From positions 16,939-80,938 of the forward strand of contig DASTXB010000017.1 of the NCBI GenBank assembly GCA_035765695.1: a stretch of DNA of 64,000 nucleotides, read 5' to 3'. Origin of the DNA: Nocardioides sp. GTDB taxonomy: Bacteria; Actinomycetota; Actinomycetes; Propionibacteriales; Nocardioidaceae. The notes beneath the pieces are model-generated. The model saw only the letters and a program-made list of their open reading frames with translations. It made no database searches and was not told where the DNA came from. A program made the translations under genes and the position numbers. Positions 1 to 8,899 of this stretch are shown here, one piece after another (within the stretch, counting starts at the first letter, position 1; each line of letters starts with the position of its first letter).

Positions 1-171
1 CTGCACCACTACAAGAACGAGCACTACTGGTTCACGGTGACCACCGCCGGCACGGCGGACCGGCTGTTCGGCACCTACCCCGACCCGGCGTCGGTGGCGA
101 CGTCGCCCACGGTGCGCGACCTGCACGCCCGGGAGGGGTCACCCGCGGGCACCAGGAGTGGTGGAGCCTAG
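1..171 (+). CDS. 3' end of a sterol desaturase/fatty acid hydroxylase family protein (partial)
   Basis: Frame +1 reads LHHYKNEHYWFTVTT...RSGGA*, resembling the last His-box region of this family. Stop TAG at 169-171 lies inside the att repeat. Confidence 0.6.
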   Translation: MHHYKNEHYWFTVTTAGTADRLFGTYPDPASVATSPTVRDLHAREGSPAGTRSGGA

Positions 172-206
172 GGGACTCGAACCCCTAACCCCCTGCTTGC
201 AAAGCA
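161..206 (-). repeat. att junction (left): displaced 3' half of tRNA-Ala
   Basis: GTGGAGCCTAGGGGACTCGAACCCCTAACCCCCTGCTTGCAAAGCA, identical to 15872-15917. On the minus strand it ends in an encoded CCA (161-159). Confidence 0.95.
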
Positions 207-289
207 CCGCCAACTGCCCTTCAGAAGCAGCCGCTGAGCGTAAAAGTGCAGGTCAGAAGCGGTCATCTGTGGCCCGCTTCGTCCATCGC

Positions 290-312
290 TTCCCCCACCA
301 GTCCCCCACAGC
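290..312 (+). repeat. Putative integrase arm-type binding sites (left)
   Basis: TTCCCCCACCAGTCCCCCACAGC, identical to 15778-15800; contains two tandem TCCCCCAC units. Confidence 0.7.
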
Positions 313-362
313 GTAGTGTCCCTGCCATCGCAGCATGGGGTTAGCGGTCGGGAGGGTGTGGG

Positions 363-1538
363 ATGCCACGGCGCAGAGGCTTCGGTGAGGTCGAGCGACG
401 GGTCAGCAGGTCCGGCGAGGTGACCTACCGAGCGCGGTACGCGATGCCCGACGGCACCCGCTTCTCCCGCACGCTGGGCACCAAGATGGACGCCGAGGGC
501 TGGCTGGCCGCCGAGCGCGCACTCATCGACCGTGACGCATGGACCCCACCGCGCGCCCGACAGGACGCGGAGGAGCGGCGTCAGCGCGAGGCGGCGTTCA
601 ACACCGTCGGTGGCTACGCCGAGCGCTACCTCTCCGAGCGGGACCTCAGGCCGAACACGTTGGCCGGCTACCGACAGCTGCTGCAGTCACGGATCCTGCC
701 CACGTTCCGGGACGTGCCCCTAGGCGACATCACCCTTGCCGACATCAAGACCTGGCGTGCGTCGCTGGTTCCAAGGACGGAGGCGACCAACGCCGCCGCC
801 TACCGCCTCCTCCGATCCCTGCTTCAGGCTGCCGAGGAGGACGAGCTCATCGATCGCGCACCTCCCAAGATCCGGGGCGCCAGCACGGCACGCGTCCAGC
901 GCGTGGCACGGCCGGCGACGTTCGACGAGCTCGCCGTCATCATCGAGCAGATGCCCGAGCGTCTGAAGCTCTTCATCGTGCTCGCCGCCTTCGTTGGACT
1001 GCGGGAGGGCGAGGCGCTCGAGCTACGACGGTCCGACATCGATGGAGTGACAGGGCGGATCGCGGTCACTCGTAAGGTCGACAAGAACGCCCGACGCGAC
1101 GCCCCGGGTGCCTGTGCTGACTGCGGCCGGCCGATCAGCGCCCCGAAGACGGCCAGCGGCATCCGGACCGTGCATGTCCCGCCGCCCTTTCTGCCGATGT
1201 TGCAGAGACACCTGCTCGAGCACACCGCGGCCGGCCCGACCGGGCTGCTCTTCCCCGGCGACCGAACCGATCACATGAGCGTGCGCTACGTGATGGATCG
1301 CTACCGCCCAGCCCGCGAAGCCGCCGGCCGGCCCGACCTGACGATCCACCACCTCCGCCACACCGCGCTCACCCTGGCCGGCCAGCACGGCGCCACCGCC
1401 GCCGAGCTCCAGGCCCGCGCCGGCCACGCCTCGCAGGCAGCGATGGCGATCTACCAGCACGCCACACTCGACCGCGACAGGTCCCTGGCAGAGAAGATCG
1501 GCGCGACTTACGAAGCCTGGAGCAAGATTCGCCGCTGA
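363..1538 (+). CDS. int: Tyrosine recombinase / integrase
   Basis: N-terminal arm-binding-like region (YRARY...RFSRT) and catalytic R (GLREGE), K (PKT), HxxR (HHLRH), H (AGH), Y. Adjacent to the att repeat. Confidence 0.95.
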   Translation: MPRRRGFGEVERRVSRSGEVTYRARYAMPDGTRFSRTLGTKMDAEGWLAAERALIDRDAWTPPRARQDAEERRQREAAFNTVGGYAERYLSERDLRPNTLAGYRQLLQSRILPTFRDVPLGDITLADIKTWRASLVPRTEATNAAAYRLLRSLLQAAEEDELIDRAPPKIRGASTARVQRVARPATFDELAVIIEQMPERLKLFIVLAAFVGLREGEALELRRSDIDGVTGRIAVTRKVDKNARRDAPGACADCGRPISAPKTASGIRTVHVPPPFLPMLQRHLLEHTAAGPTGLLFPGDRTDHMSVRYVMDRYRPAREAAGRPDLTIHHLRHTALTLAGQHGATAAELQARAGHASQAAMAIYQHATLDRDRSLAEKIGATYEAWSKIRR

Positions 1539-1595
1539 GGCACAACCAGTGGATGCTCAATGAGATCGTGGTGGTTCCGGAAGATCGAGCGCAGA

Positions 1596-2657
1596 TCAAG
1601 CAGGCACGAGATCGCGCGATAGCCAGCCCTGATCGCGAAGAGCCTCGAGCGCGATGCGCACATGGTCCTCGGTGAACATCCGTGCCTTGCGAGGCGACCA
1701 GTCCCATACCTTTCGGACAACCTCGTCATCGTCTGCAACCGGTTCACGGGTCGCTATCCAGTGCACCGTAGCTAGGAGCTCAAGACCGTAGGCCGACTCA
1801 AACCCGGCGGCTAGATCGAGGACCTTGTCTATGCGCTCGCAGGTCGCCTCAGCATCTTTAAGAACTCCCTCGGCCTCCTCGGCTGCCCCGGGAAGAATCT
1901 TCAACGGCTCAGCTTCAGCAACCTTGGCGCTTCCGTCGCCGAAACCACCAAGGAAATGTCCCTCGACGACATTGAGGACGTGTCGGAGGTTGTCGGCATA
2001 CGGACCGTAGCGATTGGCCACGAAGTTCAATCTCAGGTGTTCGCCAGAAACCTGGAGGAAGTACATCAGCTTCTGTGCTTCGATGAGGCCGGGCGCCATG
2101 AACGACTGAAGCGTGTATCGGTGAACGAGCTCGACCAGCGCCGCCCGGCCAGGTGTCATGACAGGGCGCTTGGTCGCGTTCGCCATGTCGGCCGCGGCTG
2201 GAGCGCCAGCTGGGCCGAAGAGGAGGACCTCAACGTCCGGGACCTGAGCAAAGGCCTTCGCAATGCGCGGCTCGACGTCGCTCCAGTCCAAGCCACCGTT
2301 ACCGCAGCCAAGCGGAGGAACGGCGATCGACTCGATTTTCAGTTCCTGAACGATCTTGATGAGGTCGGTCAGTCCTTCTTCGATGTCGCGAAGTCTTGAG
2401 CGCGACTTCCAGTGGCCTTTGGTGGGGAAGTTGATGATGTACTTCGGACCGGTCATCTGCTCGGTGTGCCAGACCTGGACGCGACCCAGTTGGATCTCGC
2501 CGGCCTTCGCTGCCCTGCGGTAGGCGTCATACATATCCGGGTACGCCTTCTTGAACTGAAGAGCAATGCCCTTCCCCATCACACCCTCAGTGTTGACGGT
2601 GTTGACGAGCGCCTCTGCCTCGGCGCGCAGCAGGTTCCCAGACGACTTCTTGATCAT
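1596..2657 (-). CDS. darG: DarG macrodomain antitoxin (DNA ADP-ribosyl glycohydrolase)
   Basis: Macrodomain motifs ALVNTVNTEGVMGKGIALQFK, IINFPTKGHW, SIAVPPLGCGNGGL; C-terminal KLMYFLQ/YGPYA/LELLATVHW. GGAGGT RBS before ATG 2657. Confidence 0.93.
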   Translation of the reverse strand: MIKKSSGNLLRAEAEALVNTVNTEGVMGKGIALQFKKAYPDMYDAYRRAAKAGEIQLGRVQVWHTEQMTGPKYIINFPTKGHWKSRSRLRDIEEGLTDLIKIVQELKIESIAVPPLGCGNGGLDWSDVEPRIAKAFAQVPDVEVLLFGPAGAPAAADMANATKRPVMTPGRAALVELVHRYTLQSFMAPGLIEAQKLMYFLQVSGEHLRLNFVANRYGPYADNLRHVLNVVEGHFLGGFGDGSAKVAEAEPLKILPGAAEEAEGVLKDAEATCERIDKVLDLAAGFESAYGLELLATVHWIATREPVADDDEVVRKVWDWSPRKARMFTEDHVRIALEALRDQGWLSRDLVPA

Positions 2658-2674
2658 GTCACCTCCAGGATGCC

Positions 2675-3310
2675 TTAGAAGTACCAACGAGGTCGCATCA
2701 CGACTTGGGGAGCCCGCTGGTCCCACCCAACGATCGCTCGCACCTCGTCAAGGACAGTCTTGCTACGTGCACCGACAGTCTCAAACGCTGACCACGGCAC
2801 AGCCCCATGAACAAGACACTCCGCCATCCGGCGCTCACGACCGTCCACGTAGTCGCCCCAGTACTGGGCACGCATGAGTTCCCAGTCCACGAAGTCACCG
2901 TCCAGCGCTGGATCGCCGAGGCACGCGAACTTGGTCACAAGATTCCGGGCGTTTCGATCTGAGATGACGATCTGAAGGCCGTGCTCGGCCAGTCGCTCGA
3001 CACTGGACACTAGGAAGACCAATCGGCCAGTTCCGTCACTGTAGGTGGGGACGTTTCCCTTGCTGATCGAGTACAACATCGGGCTCTGAGGCGCGAAGTA
3101 GAAGGGGACGTAGTCAGCGACGACGCCTCCGGGTCCAACGGGGACCACTCGTGTCCGCCTTGCGGCCTTGATGTCCTGATGGCCAACCTCGATGGCAAGG
3201 ACCCCATCTGACTGCGCTTGCTTGTCGCAGAGGAGGCCTTGATCAACGATCGTGGGGAGGTGCTCAACACGCGTGAAGTGGTAGACACTGGTCGGCACTG
3301 GCCAGGACAC
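2675..3310 (-). CDS. darT: DarT ssDNA ADP-ribosyltransferase toxin (DUF4433)
   Basis: YHFT...LPTI..QGLL, YVPFYF..SPMLY and RRMAECLV (catalytic Glu). Directly upstream of darG. GTG 3310 chosen for its AAGGAGA RBS; alternative ATG at 3331. Confidence 0.92.
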   Translation of the reverse strand: MSWPVPTSVYHFTRVEHLPTIVDQGLLCDKQAQSDGVLAIEVGHQDIKAARRTRVVPVGPGGVVADYVPFYFAPQSPMLYSISKGNVPTYSDGTGRLVFLVSSVERLAEHGLQIVISDRNARNLVTKFACLGDPALDGDFVDWELMRAQYWGDYVDGRERRMAECLVHGAVPWSAFETVGARSKTVLDEVRAIVGWDQRAPQVVMRPRWYF

Positions 3311-3470
3311 CAGGACGATCTCCTTCTTCATCGAATGCCCGATTGTTGCAGATGGTGTACGCGGTGAGGTCGCGATCACCAAGGATGTGATCCGCGATTC
3401 TTCTGGCAGTTCCGCGCAAGCAACCCGTAAATCCTGCGGCCCACGTCGGCGGTCCAGGTTGTCGACGCGA

Positions 3471-3686
3471 TCAGGAAGTCCCACGCCGCCAGCCATTCAC
3501 CGGGTGCGCGTCGATGAGCCGGTCGATCGACTCGGCCTTGATCCGGATAGTGCGTCGGCCGAGCCGGACGGCGTCGAGGTCGCCGGTGGCGACGTAGCGG
3601 CGGACAGTCTTGACCGACAACCCGAGGATCTCGGCTGCCTCAGCCAGTGAGACGAGGCGGCGGGTGGAGGTGGCGGTTGCGGCCAT
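3471..3686 (-). CDS. Excisionase / HTH_17 DNA-binding protein
   Basis: 71 aa, LVSLAEAAEILGLSVKTVRRYVATGDLDAVRLGRRTIRI is a typical Xis-type HTH; AGGAG RBS. Confidence 0.88.
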   Translation of the reverse strand: MAATATSTRRLVSLAEAAEILGLSVKTVRRYVATGDLDAVRLGRRTIRIKAESIDRLIDAHPVNGWRRGTS

Positions 3687-3935
3687 GACTGCTCCTGGGT
3701 TCGCGGCGGCCCCGGTGACCGCCTTCATCCTGCAAGGCCGCCATCTGTCCCCCAGTGGCCACCCCATTTCCGACCACCGACTCCCCACCCACCGTGCCCA
3801 CTGACGAGCCCTCGCCCCCATCAGCCACCACGCCTTTACCCTGGCGGCTCACCCCCAAATCCCCAGACACACCTCTTTCACCGACGAATCGGGGTGGCCA
3901 CTCGCTGCCTGGTTCCGGCCTTGATGGGTGTGACG

Positions 3936-6900
3936 ATGACGTTGAAGAAGCTCGCGGCCGGGTCGGGGTATGAGTACCTGACCCGGCAGATCGCCGCCAC
4001 GGACTCGACCGAGCTCGGCCGCACCCGGCTGGTCGACTACTACGAGGCGAAGGGCGAGGCACCCGGCCGCTGGGTCGGCTCCGCCCTGGTCGGGGTCGAC
4101 GGCATCGAGTACGGCGACATCGTGACCGCCGAGCAGATGCAGCACTTGTTCGGCGACGGCTGCCGTCCGGTCACCGGCGCTGCGCTGGGCCGGCGGTTCG
4201 GAAAGGGATCAGTGGCCGGCTTCGACCTCACGTTCAGCCCGGCGAAGTCGGTCTCGACCTTGTGGGCAATCGCGCCGCCCGAGGTCGCGAGCAAGATCCA
4301 GCAGGCCCACGACGCTGCCGTCCAGGATGCCCTCACGTTCTTGGAAGCCCATGCGGTCTTCACCCGCGAGGGCGCCGGCGGTGCGAGGCAGGTCGAGACC
4401 CACGGCCTGATCGCTGCCGCGTTCACCCATCGCGACTCGCGGGCCGGGGACCCGGATCTCCACACCCACGTCGCGGTGGCGAACAAGGTCCAGACCCGCG
4501 ACGGGAAGTGGCTTTCGATCTACGGCACGATCCTGCACGAGCACGTCGTCGCCGCCTCGGAGGCCTACAACACCGCCCTCGAAGCCCACCTCCACGCGGG
4601 TCTCGGGGTTCGGATCGTCGACGTCCCCCGCGCCGGTGGCAAGCGGCCGGTGCGGGAGATCGCTGGTGTCGACCCGGCGTTGATGCGGCGTTGGTCGAGC
4701 CGCCGCGCCGACATCCAGGACCGCGTCGCCCAGCTCACCGGCAAGTTCACCGAGCGCCACGGCCGCGCTCCGACCGGCAGGGAGTCGATCGCCTTGGCGC
4801 AGCGGGCGAACCTCGAGACCCGGCAGGCGAAGCACGAGCCCCGCTCCGAGGCCGACCAACGCACCACCTGGCACACCGACGCCGCGGACCTCCTCGGCGA
4901 ACGCGGGCTCCGGACCATGGTCGACAGCGCCCTCCACCCCGACCAACCACCTCGTGCCCAGATCACCTCCGCATGGCTCGCATCGGCAGCCGACCAGGTC
5001 ATCACCGAACTCGAGGCACATCGCGCGACGTGGCAGTCCTGGCACACGTACGCCGAAGCCCAGCGCCAGGTCCGCGACCTCGACCTGGCACCCGATCAGG
5101 TCGCCGAGGCGGTGGAGCATCTCGTCGACGCCGTCACCGCCCGGCTGGTCAACCTGACCCCGGACCTCGACCCGATCACCGAACCAGCTGCGCTACGGCG
5201 GTCCGACGGGGTGAGCGTCTACCGCCACACCGGCGCCGACCACTTCACCAGCCCCGCCATGCTCGCCGCCGAGCAGCGCATCGTCGACGCCGCCGGCACC
5301 GCCAGCCCCGCGGCACCCGACCCAGTGGGTGTCGAGCTCGCGCTGATGGCCGCAACCCTCGATCAACCCGCGCTGAACGACGGCCAACGTAAGCTCGTCC
5401 AGGCGCTCGTAGCTGACCCCCGGCAGGTTGCGCTCGCGCTGGCACCGGCAGGTGCGGGGAAGACGACCGCTATGAGCTTCCTCGCCCAAACTGCGCACGA
5501 CCTGGGGTACGAGGTAGTCGGACTCGCACCGTCAGCGGCTGCAGCCGCGGTTCTGACCGAGGCGACCGGCATCCCCGCCGAGACACTCGCGATGCTCGAC
5601 CACACCCTCACCGCCGGCCTGGACCCCGGGTTCGGGCCCCACACGATCGTGGTGATCGACGAAGCCGGGATGGCCGACACCCCCACCCTCGACCGGATCA
5701 TCACCGTCAGCATCCAGACAGGCGCGCGGGTGCGGTTGCTCGGCGACGACCAACAACTCGCAGCCATCGGCGCCGGCGGGGTTCTGAGGGACATCGCCAC
5801 CACCCACGGCGCCCAGCGACTGTCAGAGGTGGTGCGGTTCGACGACCCCATCGAAGCAACCGCGTCCCTCGCCCTACGCGACGGCGACAAGAAGGCGGTC
5901 GGCTTCTACCTCGACCACGACCGCCTCCACACCGGCGACGAGCTCACCCGCCTGACCGAGGTCTTGGTCGCTTGGCAGGACGAGACCGGCGCTGGCCGCG
6001 AGTGCCTGATGCTAGCCCCCACCCTCGACCTCGTCACTCGTCTCAACAAGGCAGCCCGCAATACCCGCCTCGACGGTGCCCAACCAGACGACGAGGTCCC
6101 GCTGGCGGACGGGAACCGGGCCAGCGAAGGCGACGTGATCCTGACCCGCCGCAACGACCGCCGTCTCGGCGTCAGCGGCACCGACTGGGTCAAGAACGGC
6201 GACCGCTGGACGATCACCGCGATCAACCCGAACGGCAGCCTCCACGCCCGACACCTGCGGTCCGGCCTGCATATCACGCTTCCCACGGCGTACGTCGCCG
6301 AGCATGTCGAGCTCGGCTACGCCACCACCGTCCACGCCGCTCAAGGCTCCACCGCCGACGTCATGCACGGCATCCTCACCGGGCACGAGGACCGGCAACT
6401 GCTCTACACGATGCTCACCCGCGGCAAGGCCGAGAACCACCTCCACCTCATCACCGAAGAGGCCCACACCGAGGAAGAGTTCCTGCCCGGCATCCACGAG
6501 CAACTCACCGCCGTCGACACCCTCGACCGGATCATCGGTCGTGATGGCGCCGCGACCTCGGCAACGACCAAACTCGCGCACGCCACGAGCCCAGCCACCC
6601 GCCTCCACGAAGCCGCGCAGCAGTATGCCGACGCGGTCACCACCGCGACCCAACGGCTCCTCCGTGAAGATGCCGACCAGGCGCTCGAATCCGCCGGCCC
6701 CGGCCCACTCCCGTGGCTTCCCGGCGTCCCCGCCGACCTACGCGATGACCCGCGATGGGCCGCCTACCTGGCGGCCCGCGCCGACCGCGTCACCACCCTC
6801 GCCGAGGTCGTACGCCGCGACGCGCAGCTACCGACGGCACTCCATAGCTTCGCTGACGTCCTCATCGACGAGCTCCGCACCGAGATGGTCGTCTGGCGGG

Positions 6901-7316
6901 CTGCCAACGGCGTACCCGACGACGACCGCAGCCTGTTGGGCTCCCGAACCGGCCCACGCACCGGTGATCTCGCCGCCGACCGCTACGCCCGCCACCTCCA
7001 ACGCCAGGTCGACGCGCTCTACCCGGAGTCGGTCCGCCACTGGGAGACCGCCATCGCGACAGCCATCGGCAAGCCCGACCACCACGACGGGCACACCCTC
7101 GAACTTGCCCGCGAACTCGACCGCATCCAAGCCAGCGGCCTCAACGCCAAGCTCATCCTGCAACGCGCAGCAAGCTCACGCCGCCCGCTTCCCGAGGACC
7201 ACAAGATCGACGCCCTCGCCTACCGGATCCAACGCATGGTCACCCACCAGCAGAGCGTCGACGCTCCGGCGGGACGTCGGGGGCCCACGCGTCCGGGGGC
7301 AGGTCTCGAGTTCTGA
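3936..7316 (+). CDS. MOBF (TrwC-like) relaxase fused to a RecD-like SF1 helicase
   Basis: GYEYL...DYY...PGRW, FDLTFS..KSVS, HRDSRAGDPDLHTH (3H motif); Walker A APAGAGKT, Walker B VIDEAGM, GYATTVHAAQGST. Start may be 3894, 3924 or 3936. Confidence 0.93.
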   Translation: MTLKKLAAGSGYEYLTRQIAATDSTELGRTRLVDYYEAKGEAPGRWVGSALVGVDGIEYGDIVTAEQMQHLFGDGCRPVTGAALGRRFGKGSVAGFDLTFSPAKSVSTLWAIAPPEVASKIQQAHDAAVQDALTFLEAHAVFTREGAGGARQVETHGLIAAAFTHRDSRAGDPDLHTHVAVANKVQTRDGKWLSIYGTILHEHVVAASEAYNTALEAHLHAGLGVRIVDVPRAGGKRPVREIAGVDPALMRRWSSRRADIQDRVAQLTGKFTERHGRAPTGRESIALAQRANLETRQAKHEPRSEADQRTTWHTDAADLLGERGLRTMVDSALHPDQPPRAQITSAWLASAADQVITELEAHRATWQSWHTYAEAQRQVRDLDLAPDQVAEAVEHLVDAVTARLVNLTPDLDPITEPAALRRSDGVSVYRHTGADHFTSPAMLAAEQRIVDAAGTASPAAPDPVGVELALMAATLDQPALNDGQRKLVQALVADPRQVALALAPAGAGKTTAMSFLAQTAHDLGYEVVGLAPSAAAAAVLTEATGIPAETLAMLDHTLTAGLDPGFGPHTIVVIDEAGMADTPTLDRIITVSIQTGARVRLLGDDQQLAAIGAGGVLRDIATTHGAQRLSEVVRFDDPIEATASLALRDGDKKAVGFYLDHDRLHTGDELTRLTEVLVAWQDETGAGRECLMLAPTLDLVTRLNKAARNTRLDGAQPDDEVPLADGNRASEGDVILTRRNDRRLGVSGTDWVKNGDRWTITAINPNGSLHARHLRSGLHITLPTAYVAEHVELGYATTVHAAQGSTADVMHGILTGHEDRQLLYTMLTRGKAENHLHLITEEAHTEEEFLPGIHEQLTAVDTLDRIIGRDGAATSATTKLAHATSPATRLHEAAQQYADAVTTATQRLLREDADQALESAGPGPLPWLPGVPADLRDDPRWAAYLAARADRVTTLAEVVRRDAQLPTALHSFADVLIDELRTEMVVWRAANGVPDDDRSLLGSRTGPRTGDLAADRYARHLQRQVDALYPESVRHWETAIATAIGKPDHHDGHTLELARELDRIQASGLNAKLILQRAASSRRPLPEDHKIDALAYRIQRMVTHQQSVDAPAGRRGPTRPGAGLEF

Positions 7317-8194
7317 AGAACTCCGCTGGGCCGTCCTCGTTCAGCACCAGCTGCATCTCCTCGGCTGGCGTCACCGCACAGTCACGGTGCTCCGCCCGCC
7401 AGGCCGGATAGGCATCCGGGTCGTCGCGGACCCGCAGGAACTCAGCCCATCGGTCCAGTGCCGTCGTCGCTCGACGGCGGATGGCGCGAGGCGAGAGGTG
7501 CACTGTCGCCGCAAGCTCATCGACCACGGCCGCGTCGTCAGACCCGACCGGCCACGACGACCGGCCACCTCGAGCTCGGCAGCTATACGAGCGAGCTCGC
7601 CAAGGAGCCAGGCATCGAAGACGTGGAGCGTCTTGGCGTCGATCGCCTCGATCATCAGCCCGGTCACCTCCCAGAACGGATCGATGTCATCGCCCTCGTC
7701 AACCACGGCGACGTCGTCGCCCGGGAGCAGTCCACGCGCGTCGACCATTAGGCGGTCCCGCCGGCGGGCCAAGTCGCCCACACCCAACTGCGCGCAGACC
7801 TCCCGCGTCGTCTGCCCGAGGATCGCGCCGGCGATGCGGCCTTCATTGAGCCGATGGGCGTCACGGCACTCGACCCACAGTTGGCTCGCGAAGAGCCGTC
7901 GACGTCCTCGTGGAGATCCCGCAACTTGCGGGCCCGCGCCTCGGCGCCGGGAAGCAGAGCCCACACCAACGCCGTGACGGCGTCAACGTCCGTCTCGGTC
8001 AAGGACGCCAGTACGCCGAGCACCACGTTGGCCTCATCGGCCGGAGCGGCCTTCGTCCAGTCGCGCAGGTGGACGAGCTCGGGCACGACCGCCAAGGTCT
8101 GGTGAGTCCCCGACCAGCGCCGCCACGCCGCCCGCGCGGCACACATCAACTCGCCCTCCAGGTCCTGGAGGCCAAGGCGATCAGCAACGGACAC
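7240..8194 (-). pseudogene. Hypothetical protein with a C-terminal HTH-like segment, broken by two -1 frameshifts
   Basis: ORF pieces 7748-8302, 7371-7964 and 7240-7527 join into one frame (VSVADRLGL...HEDVDG/LFASQLW...GLTT/PAVVDELAATVHLSPRAIRRR) if one C is restored near 7895 and one near 7532. GGGAG RBS before GTG 8194. Confidence 0.6.
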
Positions 8195-8449
8195 GGCATG
8201 CTCCCGAGGGATACCCCTGCCGCCGACGATCAGCAGGGACCTTCCAGCGTGAGTGGGACAAACCTGCACGTCAAGGGCCGCTTCTGCCGGCCGACGAGAC
8301 ATCCCAAGACGTTGCGAGACAGTCCGTAACGTTCAGCAACAACCAGCACCAATCAGTACTGGAATCTCTTTAATCGTCATCTCAGCATGTGACCGTCGAT
8401 GCCGATTGTCTGCCTTCGATTCGCCCTCGTTCCGGGCCATGATGAAGAG

Positions 8450-8899
8450 GTGCCGGCGTACCAGAGCTGGGCGAGCAGCCCGGCTTCACGGAAGGTCATG
8501 CAGGGCAACCGGTCGCGAGACACCTCGCCCGAGCTCGCTGTGCGTCGGCTCCTGCACGCGGCTGGGCTTCGCTACCGCGTCGACTACCGCCCCGAACCGT
8601 CGCTGCGGAGGACCGCGGACATTGTGTTCACCAAGCAGCGAGTCGCGATATTCATCGACGGCTGCTACTGGCACGCCTGCCCCGAGCACGGCACGAGGGC
8701 ACGCACAAACGCCGACTACTGGTCGGCCAAACTCCAGCGCAACGTCGCCCGTGATGCCGACACCACGGCGCGGCTCGAGGCGGCCGGTTGGACCGTGCTC
8801 CGTTTCTGGGAGCACGAGAATCCGACTGAGGTCGCAAATGAGGTAGCCGGCACCATCCGTGCCTGCCCCGCTGAGTCGACTGCGGGTAACCCTCGATAG
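8450..8899 (+). CDS. vsr: Very short patch repair endonuclease
   Basis: MQGNRSRDTSPELAVRRLLH, ADIVF, IFIDGCYWHACPEH, YWSAKLQRNVARD, GWTVLRFWEHE. Start may be 8399. Confidence 0.93.
   Translation: MPAYQSWASSPASRKVMQGNRSRDTSPELAVRRLLHAAGLRYRVDYRPEPSLRRTADIVFTKQRVAIFIDGCYWHACPEHGTRARTNADYWSAKLQRNVARDADTTARLEAAGWTVLRFWEHENPTEVANEVAGTIRACPAESTAGNPR

Noticed and set aside
161-206. Second tRNA-Ala gene
   Set aside because: Only the 3' 46 nt are present with no D-arm or 5' acceptor strand; it is the att duplication.
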